In this document: positions 61,090 through 64,000 of the stretch, in pieces | Position numbering within the stretch: position 1 is the first letter of the stretch | How the letters are laid out: each line of letters starts with the position of its first letter | NCBI GenBank assembly: GCA_043228905.1 | Contig: JBHGNT010000003.1 | Span: 14,136,001 to 14,200,000 of the forward strand | Source: Azolla caroliniana | Lineage: Eukaryota; Plantae; Polypodiophyta | Direction: 5' to 3' | Length of the DNA: 64,000 nucleotides | Notes under the pieces: model-generated | The model's input: the letters and a program-made list of their open reading frames with translations, nothing else | The model's database searches: none | What the model was told of the DNA's origin: nothing | Position numbers and translations under genes: made by a program

Positions 61090-61974
61090 TGTCGCGTTGT
61101 TACGCGCGTGCGTGGAGAAAGGCGGGACCACGGGGGTCTTGGACTAAGGAGTAGAGGAGAAGAGGGAGAGAGAGAGAGAGAGAGAGAAAGCGAGAGAGAG
61201 AGATGCTCACACACGTATAGACAAAGAAGCGCACGGGGACGCGGCCCAACAACACAGGAGACACGAGTTGAGAACACTAGCGTATGTATATAAATATGTG
61301 TATGTATGCAGACAACTTGAACGGTTACAGCCGATCAGGTCGGCGAGATGGATGTCGTCGCCTGATCACCCACGCACACAGGAGAGCAAGATGGAGATTC
61401 TGTCGGAAGCACACGGGCGTTCCACGGAGCAAGATCAGCCTCCTGAGAACCTCCGCCAAAGAAAGCTATGGAGAACGACAGAGAAGAAGAGCTCGGTCCT
61501 AGTCCGACAACACTTCGTCCCCTCTAGCGCGCGATACCTTCTCTCCCCCGTCTCCCTCTCTTTTATAGCTCAAGGAGGGAGGCCGTTTCATCCGTTTACA
61601 TCACATTAATTCTCTGTCCTTTCGGACAGAGATACTCCTCGATTTCCCCTATACAATATTGCTACCTAGGATTTGACCTTTGTGCCTACCTATCTACTAT
61701 ACAACAAGGGGCGTGCCCACGTGTAAGGGCCGGTTCACACACACTATACACGGTTTGCGCCTGGGGACGGTTTTCTCCACGACATCCGCCCCCACCTAAC
61801 CGCGCATCCACCGGTATGCGCCAAAATTGGGTTCCTACGGGAGAAAACCGATCCTTGCTTTATTCCTCGTTTACCGGTTCATCCTCCGCCTCGGGCTGCT
61901 CATCGTTGCTATCATTGCCCCCTAGCTCCGGCTCACCGTCGTGTCGTTTCTTGAACGCTTTGATCCTCTTCCGT
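61090..61974 (-). mobile_element. 3' LTR (61090-61784), PPT and integrase C-terminus of a TGTCGTG-lineage Gypsy
   Basis: U5 end matches the LTRs of 48247-53251. PPT ggttaggtgggggcgga. 'KRIKAFKKRHDGEP' integrase tail. Target flank acgt. Confidence 0.85.
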
Positions 61975-62369
61975 TGTCGTGAAGATCCGTCACTACGCGC
62001 GGATCGTGAGGCGGAACCACCGGGGTTCTGGACCAGAAGGATTTAGAGTCGATACAAGCTTTGGCGAGAAAGTACTTAAGATAGATTGGGAAAGAGAGAA
62101 GTTGAGATTACACGATCAATTTGATAACGAATTTCTTCCTCTTAATTTTCATAAAAAAAACCGTCTTTTTTTCTCCTCCCCCTTCCCTCTTTTATAGATG
62201 CTCTCATGCATATGATGCATGTGAGGGTACAAGACATGCATAAATTGCATGTTTGCCATTTGGCGCTTAAGTATTACATGTGGCGCATGATAACCATGTC
62301 ACTCATTTTAGCTCTCATGTATGAGAATTTACATGTAAAAGTACAATGATAGAAATATAATTTCAACTA

Positions 62370-62437
62370 AATAGCATGGCTTAATCGTAAGCCATTTGAC
62401 TCCTAACTTGGAGGTGCAAGGTTCGAATCCTTGCCCT
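62370..62437 (+). ncRNA. tRNA-like module in LTR U3
   Basis: A-box tggcttaatcg, anticodon-like loop ctcctaa (CCT), and a perfect T-arm gcaagg-ttcgaat-ccttgc. Confidence 0.72.
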
Positions 62438-62982
62438 CCTTGTATATGTAAATATGTATATATATATTTATATATTTATTTATCTAGTCGTCGGTTCGCC
62501 GGATGCCGGTTCGCCGGATCACCGTCTCCATCGCCGGTCAAACCCTTTACGAGTAGCTAGCCCACCTCCACTCTTAGTTCAAGTTACCTTGAACTCTCTA
62601 TGCTCCACACATAGACACAAAGATAATATCTTTTGCTCCACCTTATATATGATGAGAGCTATATTTGTCGTGCCTATGTGGGATATCTCACAATTTTCTC
62701 CTTTCCTTTTACAAACTTTATACCCTCATATCTTGACATTTAGTTGTCCGTTTCTCGTGTAATAAAGTGCATTCGAAAGCTCCATCATTTTGTACTTAGA
62801 TATTAAATCTATTTAAAATATTATCTTCACAATTATTGTACTACGTGATTCATACTCGATTTCGTACGTTTTATAGGATTTTCACACTATTGCCGAAAAT
62901 CTTCACGACATCCACCCCCACCAAACCGCACGTCCTCCGGTACGTGCCAAGAAGAGAAGAAGTGAGATTTCAGCTACGATGA

Positions 62983-63774
62983 TCAATTAGATTCCTCCAT
63001 GTCTTCATTTTCATCCGGCCTATTATGTTCATCGTCGAGGTAATCGAGGTTAGGATCCTTGTCTTGTCTTTTCTTGAAAAGCTTTACTCTTTTTCCCGCA
63101 ATGGGTACGGCCAACCTTGATCCGTCTAGTTCCGCAAGGTGGTATGTGGCATTATCGTTGGCACTTGTCACCACATACGGCCCGAACCATCTTCTTGCGA
63201 ACTTCCTTGTTGTACTATGTTGATTGTCAAGGGTGCTGTCGTAAACCAAAACCCAATCCCCTTCTTCAATCTTCTTGGGACGAAGTCGATGCGTGTTGTC
63301 GAACCGAACTTTGTTCTTTACTCGGGCTGCCTTCATCATCTTTCGCGCTTTTTCTAAATCTTTAGGTCTTCTTTCAAGTTGCCTTATCCGCGCCGCTAAT
63401 AACTCTTCTCGGCTCATCTCGTTCTCCCACGGTATCGCTACCCATGAGGCGATTGTCCTTTCGATGGGCATAATCGGCTTTTGTCCATACATAAGCTCCG
63501 TCGGCATATACCCTGTCACCGAGCTATGTGTCGTTCTATCGGCCCACAAGGCATAGGGTAATAGTCGTGGCCAATTCCCGACTCGACCGTTGCATGCCCG
63601 TACGATGGCTTTAACGATAGGTCCATGCCCTCGCTCGATCTTCCCATTTGCTTCCGGATTGTAGGCAGTCGTGAGGGAGAGCTTCACGCCTAGTCTTTCG
63701 AAGAGCTCCGTCGCTTCGTGCGCGTCCAACTCCCCTCGGTCGGCCACTATCTTCCCTACACATCCATACGGCAA
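62983..63774 (-). CDS. Gypsy integrase core and C-terminus, no chromodomain (frame disrupted upstream)
   Basis: 'IVADRGE', 'AYNPEANGKIERGH', 'RWFGPY'. Confidence 0.85.
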   Translation of the reverse strand: MPYGCVGKIVADRGELDAHEATELFERLGVKLSLTTAYNPEANGKIERGHGPIVKAIVRACNGRVGNWPRLLPYALWADRTTHSSVTGYMPTELMYGQKPIMPIERTIASWVAIPWENEMSREELLAARIRQLERRPKDLEKARKMMKAARVKNKVRFDNTHRLRPKKIEEGDWVLVYDSTLDNQHSTTRKFARRWFGPYVVTSANDNATYHLAELDGSRLAVPIAGKRVKLFKKRQDKDPNLDYLDDEHNRPDENEDMEESN

Positions 63775-64000
63775 ACAACATCTTCAAGTAAAAATTTACA
63801 AACGACTGAAGTCGTCTTATTTGTCAAGGCTCGTCCTTCCACTTGATTTGTCAAGTCTTCCCTTGCGAGCGCTAAGTACTTCATTTGTCCCACTCCCATT
63901 GGCATCGAGACCAGATCCACCATCCATTTGAAGTGAATGGTGAGTGGGTATGTCGGCTTTAACTCATCACGATGACGTATATTTGAATATATTTGGCAAG

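Larger units (their letters stand above)
61975..64000 (-). mobile_element. 3' portion of an autonomous-type TGTCGTG-lineage Gypsy; 3' LTR 61975-62910
   Basis: 12-bp terminal inverted repeat tgtcgtgaagat/atcttcacgaca, PPT at 62911-62926, integrase upstream. Confidence 0.9.

Noticed and set aside
13584-62437. Calling the LTR modules functional tRNA genes
   Set aside because: Anticodon and/or acceptor stems do not pair well, so they are reported as tRNA-like only.

Overview
This is eukaryotic plant nuclear DNA, probably from a non-seed land plant such as a fern or lycophyte (inferred from Tcn1-like chromoviruses and a 4-bp-TSD Gypsy lineage). Most of the window is nested LTR retrotransposons. 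These include two intact, young Tork/Tnt1-like Copia elements (14308-19652, 22812-28174) and a decayed Copia (45583-57686) carrying three nested insertions. There are also three chromovirus copies, several non-chromovirus Gypsy elements, four solo LTRs and a tRNA-derived SINE. The only host gene is a 6-exon rhomboid protease (38474-42356, minus). Two tRNA-related features stand out. (1) Four diverged LTR elements have no polypurine tract. Instead, a conserved ~40-nt tRNA-3'-half mimic ending in CCA lies 2 nt before the 3' LTR, and in one element it is complementary to that element's own PBS. (2) Three different LTR families carry an antisense tRNA-like A-box/B-box module in U3. All coordinates were read by eye and no database searches were run.
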